Of a stretch of 64,000 nt of DNA, positions 61,178 to 64,000 are shown in pieces; within the stretch, counting starts at the first letter, position 1, and the number at the start of each line of letters is the position of its first letter. Origin of the DNA: Candidatus Latescibacterota bacterium (lineage in GTDB: Bacteria; Latescibacterota; UBA2968; GCA-2709665); contig CAXXXF010000004.1 of the NCBI GenBank assembly GCA_963667175.2, positions 320,001 to 384,000 on the forward strand. The letters run 5' to 3'. Under the pieces are notes generated by a model. The model saw only the letters and a program-made list of their open reading frames with translations. It ran no database searches and was not told the origin of the DNA. Both the position numbers and the translations under genes were made by a program.

Positions 61178-61273
61178 CCCGTCCTACCGAGAAGACACGG
61201 CCCGCGCGCCATGGGTTCAAAAAAACAAAAGAAAAGAGCCCGGATCGTGCTTCTTCCGGGCTCCAATTGCGCC
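61178..61273 (-). promoter_or_regulatory. Conserved block-start element, copy 4
   Basis: GAGCCCGGA-loop-TCCGGGCTC with a long T-rich tail, then GAACCC-N17-TCT. Confidence 0.55.
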
Positions 61274-61804
61274 ACTGGATTCATTTCCGAATCTCGTTTG
61301 CCTATGTCCTCAGGATTCTATACGACCCTGTTGCGATATCTTCCCCCTGCAATTATCCGACTGGCTTCCGTTTTGGTCAGGTGTCGATCCCTGTCGGAAG
61401 TCGGCGATCAATAATCCAGAACGGTGTAGTCGCCGTCCAGAATCAGGCGAACGGACACATTCAGTCCCAATTTCGCGAATAGCACCCAGGGTGCATTCAA
61501 TACACCGATGCAGGTGTACACCTCACGCCTGTCGATCTGGCGCTGCCTTCCGGCCACAAAGAAACTGACCCAATAGACCGACGTCACGTATGGCCAATCA
61601 GGAGTTCACCACCGGTATTGGGCAATCCATCGCGTTACTTTGCCGCCACGTTTTTGGAAATTCCGGCAGCAGATGGTGATAATCGGCGATCCCGCAATAG
61701 TCATTGTCAAAGATCCACATCCTTGACCGATGTTATGGCGAGCCATCCCGTCATCGTACAGTCATTCAACCTACAGGTTTCAAATCACCTTTATGCTGTG
61801 TACT

Positions 61805-63691
61805 TCACATTCGGACCACTTCTGGTTCCTCAAACCACCCAACACGGGACATATGGCTGGCGACCTTTTCCGTCTCTTTCGTGTACACGATCACGGCGAG
61901 GCTTTGCTGAGCCCTGCTGCAAGTAACGTAGAACAGACGTCGGGTTCTGTCTACAGACGTTTCCTTCCCTTCACGCCGGTTTTTTTCATCCGTGCTCGTC
62001 GGAACTTTCGCCCCAAGCAACTTCTCATAGCTGAACATGAAACCGCGGGCTTCGTTGTCATCAAGGATGACCATAACTCGCGGGAACTGCAGCCCTTTGA
62101 TGCCCTGATGTGTGCCGAAAGGTGATCTGTCAGAGATGTACTCTGCATATGCCTCGAACTGACTGAACGGGACAGAAAGCGCTTCCCTCCAGGCATCTAC
62201 CGCAGGATTCCTGTCGCCTTCCGCATCTGCGGGAACTGACACTATCTCTTCTCGCTGTCCAACAGCGTCGGACAGGATAGGCGCGAATACATCAGGGATG
62301 CCGAATAGGCCTTCGTTATCGATCATCTTGAGAACATCCAACAAGACCGGATCTGCGCCATCGTTCCACAGGGAGAAGATGGACTTCACGGACCTGTCGG
62401 CCGTACGAATTTCCTCCAATGAAGTCACGCTTGCGCTCAGTCTTTCGGGAGACATGATCGGGGAGTGATCCTTCACGATCCGAGCGACGGCAAACCTGTC
62501 TTCGGATCGCATGGCTTGTACCAGTGGAAGAACCCGCTGCGTGAAGAAAGCAACCCCGTTCAAAGTCCCATTGAGCAGGCCAGTCCTGAAATTGTCTATA
62601 CTGTAAAGTGGCTTAAAGAAACGGTCGAAGCCGCCCCTGCGTGCGGCCATGTGATGCTCGAGGGTAAGTACTTTAATCGCCTGTTGGTTCATCCACTCGT
62701 CATCGGAAGTGACCTCTGCCATTTTTCTTACCACTGCGGTTTCAACTATCGATTTGTCCACGTCATCAACATCATTGATCAGGAACAGGCGCACGACCCC
62801 TTCTTGCGCGTCTTGTCCAGGCTCCTGCTGAGCGCCGTCCGCTTCCGATCTGATCTGATTGAGAAGCGTCACAATTCGTCTGGGACACCTGTGGTTGACG
62901 TCAATGGCAGGTTTCTCCCAATCTGCCGGGACAGCCTCCTCCAATCCGACTTTCCCGTCCGCGTAGATGCGCTGCATCGTGTCACCGAACAGAGACAGAC
63001 AGAATTGGTCTGGATACTTCGCTTGGAGGGCAAAAAACGCGTCAATCAGGTCTTTCTGCGTGTCCTGGCTTTCGTCGATGAGCAGGACGGGGTGCTTCCG
63101 AATCAGTATCTGACGCATGAGTGGCTTCTCGGCGAGAAATGCCGCTGTGATGGCTATGACCTCAGCGTGGTTCAGTGAGTTCCTGCCGATGTTTTCGCCG
63201 TTTGGATTGTAGGTGAACTGCTTGATGACATCGAGATGCTGAAGTCGCGTCTCGTTCGATTCTATCTGAACCCGCCGCTCAGCAGAGGCCTTTGTTCCTG
63301 CCCTCCCGGACGCTTGCTTCTCCTGAAGTTCGGTGATTTCGGTAGACAAACGTACTCGGAGCCAAGTAGAGATGTCTTTGTGGTATGTGCGGATCTGTTC
63401 CCAAGCAAAGCTATGGATAGTTGACACGACAAAGATTGGATCAAAGTCAATTCTGCGCCTGATCTCGTCGCATGCGGCATTGGTGTAGGTTATGACAGCA
63501 ACTTTCTGGCCCGACTGCCGGAACTGCGTGCCATAGCGGGTCCGAAAGATGTCCATTGCCTCAACGACCGCCCTTGTCTTGCCGGTGCCAGCGCCGGCAT
63601 AGAGGAAGAAGCTCCTGGGCTTCTCCAGGTCGAGGCATGCCGCAATTGTCTTACTGAGGTTATCCCCATGAGTGACTGCCTCAGGCATCAT
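61805..63691 (-). CDS. gajB: UvrD/PcrA-like SF1 helicase, probable Gabija GajB
   Basis: AGAGTGKT, ITYTNAA, IDESQD, FGDTMQRIY, THQGIKGLQF, RRLFYVTCSRA. The start overlaps the stop of the upstream OLD-like gene. Confidence 0.75.
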   Translation of the reverse strand: MMPEAVTHGDNLSKTIAACLDLEKPRSFFLYAGAGTGKTRAVVEAMDIFRTRYGTQFRQSGQKVAVITYTNAACDEIRRRIDFDPIFVVSTIHSFAWEQIRTYHKDISTWLRVRLSTEITELQEKQASGRAGTKASAERRVQIESNETRLQHLDVIKQFTYNPNGENIGRNSLNHAEVIAITAAFLAEKPLMRQILIRKHPVLLIDESQDTQKDLIDAFFALQAKYPDQFCLSLFGDTMQRIYADGKVGLEEAVPADWEKPAIDVNHRCPRRIVTLLNQIRSEADGAQQEPGQDAQEGVVRLFLINDVDDVDKSIVETAVVRKMAEVTSDDEWMNQQAIKVLTLEHHMAARRGGFDRFFKPLYSIDNFRTGLLNGTLNGVAFFTQRVLPLVQAMRSEDRFAVARIVKDHSPIMSPERLSASVTSLEEIRTADRSVKSIFSLWNDGADPVLLDVLKMIDNEGLFGIPDVFAPILSDAVGQREEIVSVPADAEGDRNPAVDAWREALSVPFSQFEAYAEYISDRSPFGTHQGIKGLQFPRVMVILDDNEARGFMFSYEKLLGAKVPTSTDEKNRREGKETSVDRTRRLFYVTCSRAQQSLAVIVYTKETEKVASHMSRVGWFEEPEVVRM

Positions 63692-64000
63692 TGACCTCTG
63701 CCGATTCTGTTGAGTTGGCGTCAAACTTTCTCGCGTCAAGGTTCTTCTGAAGCCACGCAAGGCCATCAGCGATGTAGACTGGCGGCTCTACCTGACTCGG
63801 CTCACCCAGGAAGAGTAACTCCAAGGCCATCTCAGCCTTGCTGCCCTTCTCCAAGTTGGCGAACATAACCCTGCTGGCATTTTCAAGTGTGTCCGCTCCC
63901 AAAGCTGCTTGGAGCTTCTTCAATAGGCCGACCGGTTTTACATATCCCCGGAACAGTTCAAGATTCGTCAAGGCCAATGAATCTTCGAAAGTATAGGGTA
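63681..64000 (-). CDS. gajA: C-terminal part of an OLD-family ATP-dependent nuclease, probable Gabija GajA (runs off the right edge)
   Basis: YPYTFEDSLALTN...GSKAEMALELL...PPVYIADGLAWL resembles OLD/TOPRIM C-termini; coupled to a UvrD gene. Confidence 0.65.
   Translation of the reverse strand, partial: PYTFEDSLALTNLELFRGYVKPVGLLKKLQAALGADTLENASRVMFANLEKGSKAEMALELLFLGEPSQVEPPVYIADGLAWLQKNLDARKFDANSTESAEVNDA

Noticed and set aside
1-64000. tRNA or rRNA genes
   Set aside because: None recognised by eye; tRNAscan-SE and Infernal would be needed to exclude them.

Overview
GC-rich bacterial DNA, almost all coded on the minus strand. The dockerin/EF-hand-like DFDxNGxVDFxDF modules and the GWxTD expansion suggest a Latescibacterota/Gemmatimonadota-like lineage; this is inference only. 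About 57 kb (4319-61270) is a paralog array of exported proteins. It holds 10 full-length TPR+GWxTD-domain genes in two subtypes (GWxTDxG and PWDxRG), one in-frame mini-copy, one pseudogene and three C-terminal remnants. It also holds 4 Kelch-repeat lipoproteins, 5 dockerin-like/FGE-fold proteins and one MacB/FtsX-type ABC permease. The array falls into four blocks, each opened by the same ~110-bp terminator plus ECF-promoter-like element. Mobile DNA: two sister group II introns (one splits a GWxTD gene just after its signal peptide), an IS110 with a structured bridge-RNA-like left end, two copies of an IS1380-like MITE, an unusual Rep_trans-like putative transposase, and many REP-like palindromes. 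One intron, one MITE and the IS110 all sit in the same ~125-bp A-rich repeat array. Also present: a Fic protein, an XRE regulator at the left edge and a probable Gabija (OLD nuclease + UvrD) pair at the right edge. All calls come from reading the sequence by eye; no database search was run.
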